Shown: piece after piece, positions 1-13,600 of the stretch | How positions within the stretch are numbered: the first letter of the stretch is position 1 | How the letters are laid out: the number at the start of each line of letters is the position of its first letter | NCBI GenBank assembly: GCA_050575255.1 | Contig: JBNZDD010013714.1 | Location: forward strand, 7,784,412-7,848,411 | Direction: 5' to 3' | DNA from: Harriotta raleighana | Lineage: Eukaryota | DNA: 64,000 nt | Notes under the pieces: model-generated | Told to the model about the DNA's origin: nothing | The model's database searches: none | Seen by the model: the letters and a program-made list of their open reading frames with translations, nothing else | Position numbers and translations under genes: made by a program

Positions 1-270
1 ACAAGTGAGAGACCTGCGTTCGATTCCCGGCAGGTGAAACATTGGTCAAGTTGCCTTACTCCACAAGCCTAATAATAATCCCTCAAAAAAACCCAATAAT
101 AATTTGGACACTCAGTCCACACTGTTTGTGGGACATCCCTGTGCGCAATTGACTGCTGCATTTTGCCCACAAATAGACAGTCAATTCACTTTACAGTAAA
201 TTCTGGGAAGTGCTTTGAGACGTCTAGAAAACGTGAAAAGTACTCTATGAAACTGAAGGATTATCATTAT
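1..270 (+). mobile_element. tRNA-derived Deu-domain SINE (family A), head cut by window edge
   Basis: B-box-like GTTCGATTCC, Deu core ctgtttgtgggaca...gtgcgcaattg, L2-like tail ending ggattatcattat. Confidence 0.9.
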
Positions 271-1501
271 ATGCGCACACATACGTACACACCACCATCA
301 ATGGTGTATCCATATGCACATCAATCGCACTGAGAAATTTTGGTACCTCCAATGATGATAATGCTCTTTGCAATAGACATAAGCATGCCTGTACATGCAT
401 ACATTTATTTTAATAGTAATAATAATCCTTCAATTTGATATAGGACTTCACACTGCACTTCGAAAGAAAGGATTCAGGTTCTAAAGGATACAATGAAAGG
501 AGACAAGTGGAAATTCTGTACAAGGATCTGTTCACTCGCTGGACTCCTGACTTGAAAGAGATTACGAGTCTTTTCTTCAACAAACAATCGGAAAAATTAG
601 AATGCAACCCTGCTTTGGGAGTTATGAAGAGAGAAGCATTTGAAAGCATTGAATTGGGGACATTTCCCTGTAGTCCATTACTATCTTCTTGCCAGTTTAC
701 TCACTTCCAGAAGCCAGTGTGCTCGTGCACTTAGCTCCTGCTCCAGTGCAGAAGAATTAAATGATCAGTTCAGGAAGGAGCCAAATATTTTTTTAAATGT
801 CTGCATAAAGGCATTTTCCCTATCATAATTGCGAAAATTGAGACAATAATGTTATGTTAAGCTACCCAGACATCGATAAACTAAAATGTATCAGGAACTT
901 TCCCCTCTCTTTCTACAAATATTGGTGCCTTAAACAAGTGTTGTAGAAGCAGAAGATTGAAAATATTGAACCTCTTATTTTAATTAAAGATATTAAAGAT
1001 GGTGCATAATTTTCTGTTCTACTTGTCTGTAACTGCAAAGCAATTGAAAGTTTTGAAGCTGCTTCCCTTGATGGGGAAAGCATATATCATTTAGCATTGT
1101 TTTTATTGCACTGCTCTTGATGAAGTATAAAACCGAACAACCTAGTAAGCAGCCTTCAGTTAGATTGGACCTAAATGAGGCAGCGTATTTCTTCATATAC
1201 CTCAAGCATCATAAATCCATCCAGGACCAGTGACAAAATAAGTGGTTTGATAAGAAAATAGATTATAGTTTGAGTATGCATCTTGGGGAGATTTCTCAGA
1301 AACGTCTGCTTTTATTATTGGATTCAGATACTCTGCCAATATTATGGCTGCACTCCAGTTCATCTTCCACTGACAGCTCTGATACCACAGGGAATAAGAA
1401 GCAACCAGAACAAGTGGCCAAGCAGAAAAGCAAGTTCTTGTGCTGATGAACTGGTTGTTTATTCTGGATTTTTGCATACTTCAGGGATCCACACAAACTG
1501 T

Positions 1502-1945
1502 GAGGTCCTGTACCTCAGGGGTTAGAGCACTCACTTTACAAGTGAGAGACCTGGGTTCAATTCCAGGCAGGGTGAAACCTTGGGCAAGTTTCCTTACTCC
1601 ACACACCTGATAATAATCCTAAAAAAACCCAATAATGAATTGGTCATTTAAATCCACGACTGTTTGTGGGACACTGCTGTGTGCAATNCCCAATAATGAA
1701 TTGGTCATTTAAATCCACGACTGTTTGTGTGACACTGCTGTGTGCAATTAACTGCCACATTTCGCCCATATATATACACAGTTATTCACTTTACAGTATA
1801 TTCTGTGAAGCGCTTTGNACTGCCACATTTCGCCCATATATATATACACAGTTATTCACTTTACAGTATATTCTGTGAAGCGCTTTGAAACGTGTAGCAG
1901 ATGTGAAAAATGCTATATCAAATGGAAAGATCATTATTGTTATTA
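1502..1945 (+). mobile_element. SINE family A, full length (internal duplications at N gaps)
   Basis: tRNA head gtcctgtacctcaggggttagagc...ggttcaattcc, Deu core, (TTA)n tail. Confidence 0.9.
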
Positions 1946-2650
1946 TGCTCCAAAAGTGTTTTTTGTTCAGGAGAGATGCCAGACTGCACTGGAATCCATT
2001 AAAGAATAATGCAATGCGGTATGTAAATGTAATAGAACAAAAAAAGTCATTGGATCAGCAAACAAATGTGCAGAAGACAGAATGAAAGCACAATGCTGCA
2101 GTTCGCATATATAATTGATCAGAATTCCTCTATATTTATTTAAATACATTAGATGATGATGAATTGCAAGACTCCAGGTTGCACATTTTAAATGAAATAA
2201 TCTCATTTGCTTGAAGAAGTGGGGTTTAAATAATGTAAAGAAAGCTAACCATATAATATTTATACATACAAATGGGGTGAAAAAGGTTTCATAACCTAGC
2301 CAGATATGTGAATTCAAGTTATTTGACATGGCATAGTGGGGTAGTGTTACTTTGTTTCAATCAAATTAATTTTATGATGAAATATGACAGTGATTTATCA
2401 TTTTTAGCACACTCCATACATATGTTGTGACATTATGCCGTAGCAGCTTAAATAATGAAAGCATTTCATTCAAATCCAAAGCTCCTGTGCAACCTCATCA
2501 TAATTTGTCAGAAGCCAGAGCTTTATGGTTACTTTCGAGATCACAAAGTTATATTGTAATTATGCAGTTCATAGATCGACCTAAATAAGTAGTTACAGAA
2601 TATCTTTACAATCATTAATTTCAGGTGCAATCTTCTAGCAGTTGCATATA

Positions 2651-2855
2651 GTAATAATAATCCTTACATTTGATGTAGCGTTTTTTACGGCTTCCAGACA
2701 TCTCAAAGAACTTCACAGAAAATACGGTAAAGTCAATTGTGGGCGAAACCTGGCAGCTAATTGCTAAACCTGGCAGCTTTTTGTCCCACAAAGAGTTTGT
2801 TGATTGAAGTGACCAATTTATTATAGTCTTTTTTCTTGAGGGATTATTATAGGGC
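2651..2855 (-). mobile_element. SINE family A, 5'-truncated
   Basis: Reverse complement of tail and Deu core. Confidence 0.85.
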
Positions 2856-3849
2856 ATAATGTCAGTACATTGCAATAGTTCCTTATTACAAATTGTTCAT
2901 ATGTTGGATTTGAAAATCTTCTATCTTCACAATTATCTTAAGATCTGCAGTGTGTACACTAGTACACAACTATACCACTGCATCACATAATTAATATATT
3001 AAGGTCTGAAATGAAATATTTAGCTCTTTCACTCATCTTTTTCCTCCACACCGGCTGTCATCCTCCAGCGTGAGTGCCTGGACAGTATTGTTAGGCATTT
3101 TGGGATGTCCTCTCAATGTGAAAGCACTATATACATGTACATTTATATCACTATATTGTAAAGAAAAGGCTTTCGGGAAAAATGGCTGCTCGAGTGTTTT
3201 ACTCTCCAGCCTTTTTTGAGACTTTACTGGCTTGGGATTCAGGTTTCACTATTGGCCAATCTTGCAATCGGATATTCACAAAATGCAAGTCATGGTTAAC
3301 GCAACAGATCTGACTTCTCACCTGGCATTGGACATATTGAAACCCAAAAGTGATTGCGAAGCGTTGCTCGTAAAGACTACATATCTCTCTTTTGTAGAAA
3401 ACTGAATTTGGTGTAACAAGATACGTATAAGTGGCATTTTAATGAAAAACTTGAAAAACGCTGTTAAGTTTAAATCGAATAAAAATTGCTGCATCAGAGA
3501 ATCAAGGAAAGTGCAATGGTATTTAGGAAAACAAATCCTTTTTGTGTACATGATGATAAATATGAACATGATGCAAAGTTACTGAGGGGCATCCTACACT
3601 GAACTAAAGTACACCTCTATTTGGATCATGTCTTCATATTATTGAAAATTAGATCTGATGTTAAATTCAGTTCATTGGAATAAGACAAAGATTTTGTTTT
3701 TTAAAATAACACCAACTGAGTTGAGAATTTCCCCAATATCCCCTATGCAGCCCAAAGCACAATCTACAAAGCTTCACTTTCCCTTTCGTGGCAAAGTATT
3801 ATTTAATTTCCATTCCAGCCACTGGCGAACATCAATAGTTATTCTTAAT

Positions 3850-4219
3850 GGACTCCTGTAGCTTAGTGGTTAGAGCACTCACCTCGTAAGCACTCGCCTG
3901 GACAGGGAAAAACGTTATGAATTTTTCTAAGTTTCCTTAGTAAAGTAAGTTTCCTTACTCCACGTGCTCTGTTTACCTTGAAGTAAGTAGGAATCTGATT
4001 GTACGTCGATTGGCAGATAATTTTCTGGGGGGGATAATCACTTTTAAAAAATGATTAGTATTATTTGGCCATTCAATGCATGATTGTTTGTGGGATACTG
4101 CTGTGTGCAATTGGTTGCTGCATTTCGCCCACAAAAAGATACAGTATATTCTGTGAAGTGCTTTGAGACGTCTCGATGAAATGATAAGGCACTACACCAA
4201 ATGCAAGGATTATTATTAT
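3850..4219 (+). mobile_element. SINE family A variant, full length with extra internal segment
   Basis: A-box head ggactcctgtagcttagtggttagagc, extra ~70 nt after ccttactccac, Deu core, tail atgcaaggattattatta. Confidence 0.85.
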
Positions 4220-4429
4220 TTGAAACTTTTCTCATGTTGCAATAGAATACCTATATCTTTTAATCTCACACTTTATGTGTGTCATGTTTATCAATGTCAG
4301 TGTTATACAAACACTATCCGATAAGCTTACTGTAGGATCATTTCCAGCTAAGATTATTGCTCCATATAAAAACATTCTTCCAGTTCGGGCTTGGGATACA
4401 GGGTTAACAGGAGCTGAGTGGGAAGAATC

Positions 4430-4620
4430 TCTACTCCTCTGCCTTACCCCCTCTTGTCCCCTTTCCAAATCCTGCCTGAAAATCTTCCTCTTCAATTGTG
4501 CTTATGGCCATCTCCCCTCAAACCCTCTTGGCTTGGTTTGAGGCTCCACCACTATTAAGTGCTTTGAGATGCCACCAGGTGTGGAGGCTGTTGAATAAAT
4601 TCAAATTATTGTTATTGTTG
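4430..4620 (+). mobile_element. L2-type LINE 3' end fragment
   Basis: ttccaaatcctgcctgaaaatcttcctcttc (FKSxLKxxLF-like) followed by stem-loop tail and (TTG)n. Homologous to 8905-9190. Confidence 0.65.
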
Positions 4621-6348
4621 CTCCCTGTGCCTGAGAGCTGCTCAATTGAGAGCTGTATGATTTTAAGTTTAAGGGAATAATAAGTTTATGGTGCATCACA
4701 TAGAATCAGCAATACAGTGTCCCGGCTCACTTCCCTCTAGCAGATGTAGTTTTGCTAGAAATTGTCACTGGAATCAATTGAAATGTGTCCATGTTTCCTA
4801 CACTATAATTTATTTTGTAGTATTTTTACTTCTGCATATAGCAAAGCAAATTCCATTCTCATCTAATATTGCATTTACTTTACATGGACAATCTGAAAAA
4901 CTCATTGCTCTCCCGTTCTGCTTCTCAGCAACCAAAAGAGATAAGGCAGCCCCTAAATTGAAGTGCCCTTTTGGGCACACTTGACGCAAGTGAGTCATCT
5001 GGTGCTTAAACCTCGGAAGTATCAATATTATCAAAATGAGTGTAATCTAAAGAAATGCATCTTGATGTCTGCTTTTAAAGTGGCGTAAAAGCCTAAAGAA
5101 GAGGCCTCAGAGCTCCTTTCACCAACACTGATACTAATCTATGGAATCTTTGTCATGTAGCTGCTGCCATCTCCACACTGCTCCTTCATTAGGTTGCTGT
5201 CTCTGAAAATAGTGATTACAGTGAAAAGATGGCACCTGTCAGAATCTATCTGTTTTCATTTCCTGGACCTATTCCTAGGGCTGTTGTATTAATGTATTTT
5301 GTCAGAAAGATTTTCTCCTATTTTAAGCTTCGGAACTTGGGGGCAAACCAAATGCCGATTAACCCCTTTTCGACTAAGATTCGGTACCACATGCAACACT
5401 TAAGTCCCCTTTGCGTGAGTTTTACACAGTCGTACAGGACAATTTTAAATTTGGGGACTAAATGAATCTACGGGTTGAAAGTGGGGATAGAATTTCAGGC
5501 TTCAAATTATTAAACATCTGTTTTTCGAAAAATTAAAAGGCATGGGCATCATAATTTCCAATAGCTAAGAGCATTCATGTCCCCACATGCATTCAACAAT
5601 CTTTATCTGTAATTTTCCTTATGGTTCTTAATCCTGTTCCTCATTTTTTTTTTACAGGTGTTAATCAACACAGCATCCCCTGTTTTAGCTGAGAAGTTTA
5701 TTCCACTTTTCCATTATTTAATAGTGGCAGTGGAGAAAACCATGTTATCTCAACTCTTGCTCGAGGCTTACTAATTTTATTTTTGCGCAACTCTCTGTTG
5801 TTTCCTTCACACTCCAACCTGCTTTCCATTTCTATTTTCCATTGCTGTTAGCATTTTACAAGCCTCTCAACATAACTTGCAACCATCATATACTAGAGAT
5901 TGCATTGCCATGTTTCTATGCATCTTCAGTGTTGCATTTTCAGAGGAGAAGAATAGAAGACTGGGGCTGTATCATGTTTGCCAGCTGTGATGATTGTTTT
6001 GCATTGGAATAGTGTGGAAGGATAATCTTTGTCCATTTTAAAAAGATATCTGAAATCAACAGGATAAATTAGAGCAAAGACAGGTTGCCTATCACCACCA
6101 GAAGAGCCTGAAGGTTTATGTGCAGAATACTGCAATAGGGTTTTTGTGCTCTACAACCCTGATTTGAAGTAATATTGAATAGTATGAGTAGTTCAGAAAC
6201 AATTTCATCCCTGGTAGTATAAATACAGCATAAATAAGGTAATCAATATGTACTTTTGCTGCTGTGCTCTTCATAACTGCTTCCTATGCTCTTAACTGCT
6301 TTTAGCAGTATTATGAATGGCAGTTCAGAACCAGTCTGATTATTTCAT

Positions 6349-6459
6349 CCATTTTGCCCAAATATATTCAGTCAATTGACTTTACAATAATTCTGTGAAG
6401 CGCTTTGAGATGTCAAGAAGACATGAAAAGTGCTATATAAAATGCAAGGATTATTATTA
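6349..6459 (+). mobile_element. SINE family A 3' fragment
   Basis: gtgaagcgctttgagatgtc...aaatgcaaggattattattat. Confidence 0.85.
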
Positions 6460-8904
6460 TGAACTAAGGAGACTTAGATGCAATACCAAATCAATCCTTC
6501 TGCCACACGGTTATTCTTCATAATCAATCACTTACAACAACAGGAGTCAAGACAAATCTTCCAGAACAAATCAGGACAGTTGCATGAAATATGGAACAGG
6601 AAAATAATACAGTACTGTATATATGAATACATCCAACTGTAGTTTATTTAAACCAACAAAGCTTTTTGATGATTATGATTGTTAAGCTTAAAAATCTATG
6701 ACTGTGATATAGTACTAAGCTGTAGTACAATAAGATGTACTAAAATGTATAAGGTCCGTCTGGTCTTAATCCCTGCTGACTATGCTGATCTCAGGCAGGA
6801 AATGAGTAGTTGCACTACAGCTAGCTTTATGATCACAAGCTTCAGAGGGAGAAATAAAACAGTGTTCTGCCTTTTCACTGCCTTTTCAGTGATCCTCCCA
6901 GGGGAAAATGCACATGGTGGATACATGGGTAGCATTGGATATGGCTCTAATTCCCTCCCCAACCCCAGCCAACAGCCTGATAGCTCTCTCTGTAGAGACT
7001 CTCACAAGAAGAATAATCATTTGGATAAAGTACTGCAGAGTACCCTTGAAACTAACCCTCTTCATACATCCCTGATTTCAACTGAGAAGCGAAAATGATC
7101 TATAACATGTAATAGTAGATCTGACAAAACAAATGCATTCATGTACCTTTGTCCCGCATGACCCTTTCAGCTAAGATGAAGTATTCCATCCAGAAATTTA
7201 CTTGTGCCTTATCAAAGCCATTGAAACCGTTCCATCATATTGGCTTTCATGTTTTATAATGCGATGCCTGATTCCTTGTAATTAGAAATGCAGTAGTGAG
7301 GGAGAATGATAATCAACATTGAGCGCAGTTCAGTTTGAGACCCAGGTGTATTGCAGAAGGTATGCTGATGCTCAGTTAATAGATTATTCAATGCATTGTT
7401 GTTCGAAAACCACTTAGTGCAGCATGCAGAAAATTAATAAAACAGTGCACTGAGGAGTGCTTAAATATTCATCATAAAATCTGATCTACATAGTTTAAAA
7501 ACATGTTCTCTACCCACAGAATGGTTAACATTTAATTAGGTTCAGGTATTTTAGGATTCTGTGGTGTTTTCATTGGCAGGCTGAATTGATGAAATTGCCT
7601 CCGAGCACATCAGCTACGGATCTAGCCAAAGGAACATAAGTTTATCCTAAACCACCAAAAAGCAAAATAGTTGTATTTGTTGTCATGTTTCCAAGTGAGC
7701 ATGTGATGGGTTAGAAATCTACCAGCTAGTATAGACGTGATAGTGCAATATGAAATGCAAGGATTGGATATACAGTATAGAGATATGTGGAGTAGACAAT
7801 GGTTGTCCAGAAAAGAATGTTAAAAGTTGTAAAAGGATCACACTTTGTAGTCAAAAGCCAAAAGCAGCTATAATCACTAAATAAGTCTGATAGTTGGTAA
7901 ACAAATGGAATGAGAACTAACTAATTGTATGGAATAACTAATGGAAAACAAATCTGTTAATACATCAGTGTAGGAATCTTATAAACATTTCTCAGGGATG
8001 TTAATATTGAGCAAAAGGCATGAAAAAAGATTTGTTTAACATGGCGAAGAACCTTAGGATTTTTCAGAATTTATCGATAGATAAATGAGATATCCAAGAT
8101 GAGACTTTTTAATAAATTATTTTTAGTCTGTGGTTTAGACAGGTTACTCATTTTGGGCTCTACAACATATGCATTGATATTTTCCCCCTACAGAACTGAA
8201 CTAATGTTAGTATTAATAATAAATGAGATCACTGTTAAAGGAAAATAGCAATTTACCAGTTGGTTCTATTTCATTCTTAAATTCGGACATTTTTGTGGTT
8301 GAAACTGGAAGCAAATCTATAACAATCATAAAATCTCATTTGGAATAGCACTTAAGAAAATTGACTATTTAGGGATTACAGTTTCGAATATTGACTTAAG
8401 GCTCTGAGTTTCCATATTCATTGGAATTCTGGTAAATTATAAGGGGAAAAAATACCTCCTTCGATATAATGAGAGAAAAATCTGATCATTTATAAGGAAG
8501 AGAGAGAGAGTGCAAAAATAGTCAGTGCATTAACAACCATGGGTGATTTTGAAAATGGGACATTACAGAATGTACAACACAAAACAGGCACAATATTTGC
8601 ATTCCCCTTGAGAATTGCCAAATACCAATTTTAAATGCATCAATGCCCTGGGCCCCTTGTGGCAGTAACACTTGTCAGCTAATGAGGTGCATTAGTCTCA
8701 ATCAGATTTAACTAGTATGTATGTTTTCTCCAGTTCCTGTATACATTCATTGCTGCTTTACATTTCTCTGGGAGAGGCTGCTATTGTCAGGAAAGAGAAC
8801 CCCGTCAGGACATAGCATTTGTAATTTTAAGTTTTATTCTTACCTTTTTGGAAAGTTATGTGTCAGACCATCTTAACCTTTATGAAATGTAAAGTATGTC
8901 AACA

Positions 8905-9190
8905 AGAACTTGCAAGCATGTAACGCCCTCCACGCAAGGTAGCGTCTCAGAGCAGTGGCCGAGCCTGTCTCCAAATCAGGGATGGGGGAAGCGACCGCAA
9001 AGCGTGGTTGAAAAGGAAGATTTTCAGGCAGTATTTGAAAAAGGGGAAAAGGGGCAAGGCAGAGGGATTGAGGGATTGAGAGGATTCCAGAGTTTTGGGG
9101 CGTAGTTGCTCAAAGCGTGACCTCCAATAGTGGGGTGGAGGGTGCTAGGGACAAGCGACAAGCAGGAGACGGTGCCAGTCGAGCAAAAGT
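8905..9190 (-). mobile_element. L2-type LINE 3' end fragment
   Basis: Reverse complement encodes the degenerate ORF2 end IGGHALSNYAPKLWNPL...FKYCLKIFLF plus 3' UTR. Confidence 0.75.
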
Positions 9191-10359
9191 GCTAGGTGGT
9201 GGATTGGGAGTGAGGATGTCGACAATGTTCATACAAAAATTGTCTTGACCTTTATAATTAAGAGTTTTCTTTTCTTTCAGGCGGTTGTATCTTTTTTCCA
9301 AGAGATATCTGTTGTATCTCTTTTATTTCAAAAAACAAAGAATTACAGAGAACCCACTTGAAAATTTAAGACTGACTTTGAAAATTTGCCAAATTTATTT
9401 TGCTCTGAAATACAAATGAGATAATCATATAGGACTGGTCCAGATGGAACTAGGCCTCCCTGGACTCAGTGGTGAGATGCTGTAGTACATTCTTTGCTGC
9501 TTTACATGTTCACACTTTAATGTTCATCACCAAAACAGATGTGCTAGAACCATGACGGCTTCCTTCTGCTTAATGTCATTTGGCCCACACTTGTTTACCT
9601 GCACAAAGGAGTCTATCTCAGTCTCTCACAAATAAATTAACTCGATTTCAGTTATTCACAGATAGTCATACTAATTAATGTACCTGTTGACTGTAAAGAT
9701 CGATAGGTGCCTATCATTCCGTCCAGCCTACCATAGTGCTAATCTGTAAAAAAAAAAACTCTTGAAACTATTTAATGTGTTGAATATTTATAGTGTTTAC
9801 CAGAGATTAGCTCATTTTCAATGTTTAAAAAATTCACTGGGTAAGATTTCTATCTAAGTCACAATGATGCATTTTATCTCTGCATGGCTGCTGTTATGAC
9901 AGCTGTTTTCTACTTAATTCTAGATAGATGTCCTTTACGTGATTTATTCCATTTTTAAGTATCATTGAAATAGCACTTAAACATACAGTAGTGCAAGTTA
10001 AAGACAGAGTACTTAAACACAGTGTCTGTCAATAATTAATCTGCCAAAATGTCTTGGCTTTTGCAATTGCTTTTGAAAATGTAAGGTTGTTCTTTTTGTC
10101 AGCAAGAAAAGTTGAGGTATAAATTAAATGACAGTCAGATTAAACAACAATTCTATTGATACTGTAGGGTATGTAAATAGCTATTTTGCATGAGCTGTGA
10201 GCTGAGCAGACTTTCACCAAGTGTTTGAGATCTGTTTCAGATCTAATAGCTTGGTGATCCCAAGATGAAGAATGATATCACCTAGTATTATTATTATTAA
10301 TAATAATAATAGTATTATAGCTCCCTCCATGCCTTGCTGGCCAATCGCCCAAAACAAAG

Positions 10360-10543
10360 CAGTAATAATTTGGTAACCTCAATCCATGACTGTTTGTGGG
10401 ACACTGCTGTGCCCAATTGTCTGCCGTGTTTCGGCCACAAGTATACAGTCAATTTACTTTACAGTATATTCTGTGAAGCGCTTTGAGATGTCTAGAGGAT
10501 GTGAAAAACTTTATATCAAATGCAAGGATTATTATTATTATTT
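10360..10543 (+). mobile_element. SINE family A, 5'-truncated
   Basis: Deu core and (TTA)n tail. Confidence 0.9.
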
Positions 10544-10561
10544 TTATTTTTATCATTAGTA

Positions 10562-10614
10562 CAACAACAAAACAACAAAGTTACATTTATAGAGCGCTTT
10601 TCACGTCGGGAGAG
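10562..10614 (-). mobile_element. short L2-type tail (family B) with 8-bp TSD
   Basis: rc ctcccgacgtgaaaagcgctctataaatgtaac(TTG)n. CATTAGTA at 10554-10561 and 10615-10622. Confidence 0.75.
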
Positions 10615-13600
10615 CATTAGTAATGTACAAAGTACAACTACAATCTGCTTTAAATTCAAGGATTAAAATGATCGATTCATAAAACAGCCACACTGCACAC
10701 TCCAATTAGTTTGTAGGACCAATTCTTCATACATTACATGCTGGTGATGGAAATGTGATCCTTAATTAACAAAATGCACATCTGAGAGAGAAAACACACA
10801 TGTAGAGGGAATGTGTATTGGAGATAAAATGCACACGTGTAGATTTATTACGCGTAGGCGAGTATTGCTTCAATGTTGACTGCCATAGACTGCTGTAGAA
10901 ATAGCACAAACTGTTTCTAAAATACTTAAGTAGCTGCAATTACAGTTTATGTTTATGTATATGTTACATCCTTTGTTTCCAATCATAATTTCACTATTCA
11001 TGAAGGAGGAGACTGTTTTCAAAAGGGCAGCTTGCAAAGCCTTGCCAGGTTCAATTTATGGAACCGCATAGAAAAAGCAGGTGTGAGTGAGTGTACAATA
11101 TTTCAAGTGTTGGTAGTTCCTACAGCTCTATTAGGATCACAATAAGAAATATCAAACTCTGGTATCATCTGCTTCACATAAACAGATGGAAATTAATCAG
11201 GAGGAGAGGCTATTCGGTTTCAAAACGTACAACTGCAATAAGGTGTTTACAGGTAACCTACTCTATTAATCTAACTCTAAACAAATATACACTGAAGATT
11301 CTTAAAACATTGGACTTTTCAAAAAAAACTTTTTGATGATTTAATGAGAATGTTAGGGTTGTGTTTTCCTGGAAAACTGAAATGAAATGGGCCAAAGGAT
11401 TTTCTTCATCCAAACCCACCTTGTAATATTGTGTTTATAAAGGCCACACATCATGATTAGAGGGCCCAGATGAGAGTACGTCATGCATGTCAATGCCCTG
11501 CTGTAATTTCTAACTGCCATGTTGCAATATTAAGGTTATCTTACGTGTAAAATAAATCCAATGATACATTCAATGGTGACATATTAAAGTTATCTTAATG
11601 TTTCCACGAGAACAAACAGTTTTAAATTAAAACTTGTCACTGGGCTGATTTTAATGTGCATGATGACAAACTACTGTATTACTATTTTTGAAAAGGAATG
11701 TACATTATTTTGTATTATTAACTTATACAATTTTCATTTTATTCATATATGTTACCACACCAACTATTTCAGTGAAGGCCTCATCTATTATCCGAATTGA
11801 AACTCATCATAAGCATAGTCAATATCAGTAAAGCCCCTAACAAGTACAGTGGCGGTCAGAACTGCCTATTCTGTCTCTGAAGTGGAAGAACCTCTCAACA
11901 CCATTTTTGATTGGAGAGTGTGCATTTAACATTAGGTCAGAATCACAGACCTACTTTGCATATGAGAGATGAAAATAGGTTGTCATGGAAAATGATTATA
12001 TTGTGTTCAATGATTCGTTGGGATTCCAGCGAGCATCTATGTGGCAGTCGCCTCTTTAAATCACGATTATGCATATTCATTAGAAGCTTCAATAATGCAA
12101 ATGGCATGGCAAATACTACAAATGTTCCTATTAAACAAATACCATTAAATGTACTTGTGCTGATCCCAATTAAAAATAGCATGTACTGTAAGTGCCCCAA
12201 GACTGAATGTCATTACCGATCTCCACTACATTTCCTTGGGATAACAAGTGGGTATGAAACCAGTGTATTAATATTAATAATAATAATAATAATTAAGCTC
12301 CTCGGGTAAACTGAAATTGTGCAACAGTCGTAGAAGGTTATAAAAAATCTATTTGAGAAACCATGTAACTATTTTATTTAATCTCTGGACATGTATCGCT
12401 CCCAGTGAAATGTACCACCAAGAAATAAGATATTGTTGCTTTTATTTCACCTATTTGCATCTACTGTTTAATGGATTGAATGCACAACAATAACACAATC
12501 CTAAAAACTCCCACAAACCAGCCACCAATCCCCAACTCCCCACAACTCTCTGCCAACCCATTAGTGTCTAAATGAAAGTGTACTGAAAAGGATGTTTCCA
12601 TCAATTATTAACACATACTTTAATATCTGATTGAGGTGTTGTGGATAATTGAATAAAACCTCCATACAAAAAGAGTAATAAAATATATACTATATCCTTG
12701 AGATACAAGCAATAAGACTAGAACAATGTAAATAGGATAAGTAGAGTTCCTTTTAACTGCAGCCTCAGAACCAGATCCACAGGTAGGAACATAGAGTCAG
12801 GGTGAGCAGCTGGGAAGAATAAGGGACACAAACAAGCAGCACGGATATTAAACTAAACTCAAATGAATTAAAAGCACCAACTGCAGTTCGTGATGCAGGA
12901 TTCATATTCATAGAATTTGAAACTGAAGTACGTGTACATTCATTGTACAGTGTATCTCCTGGGGGCTGAACTGACACCAAGGAGAGACACAGTTAAAAAT
13001 AGATCAGGCATGTGTTCAGCGATCCATGGTATTGTTGATGGTTGCCCAGCTTGTCAGTTTGAACGCTAAGAACTTGGAGACATAGACATCACCTTATCTT
13101 TGTGAATCATAGCCAAAATAAGGTAGTTCTTGTTGGACAATTACTATGACATACGATTGTCAGAATTCAAGGTGAATCATTTCATTGGCATAGGGAGAAT
13201 TTGTCAAAATATTTGAATTCACTTGCACCCTAATTATTTGGAGTGAGTCTAGCAAAGAATAGCAATGACAGGAACAAACTCACTTGCATATTTATACTCA
13301 CTTCAATTACCAAGTAATAAAGGAATTACTGACAGATCTAAGTTATTTTTTATCACGCCTATTGTGTACTTGGGGTGTATTATGCTTTGTAATGACTTCA
13401 GCTATAACCAATCATTGTTAGAGTTAAAGAATGATCGGTTCCCTTAAAATATCAACACTTGAGAAGAAGTGTTCTGTGTGTTATTCTGTTGTACAGAAAT
13501 TCATCTTATAATGCTGCAATTTTATCCACAACCATAGTAACATTTATCACATTCTTCTTTACCTGATGATTTAGCGAAGAATGAAGCTTCCCAGTAAAAA

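Noticed and set aside
1502-1570. tRNA-like sequences with A and B boxes
   Set aside because: They are SINE heads continuing into the SINE body. No complete cloverleaf with acceptor stem.
7690-8170. Possible very old CR1 reverse transcriptase remnant (also ~11080-11430)
   Set aside because: Only faint motif echoes. Cannot be supported without a profile search.
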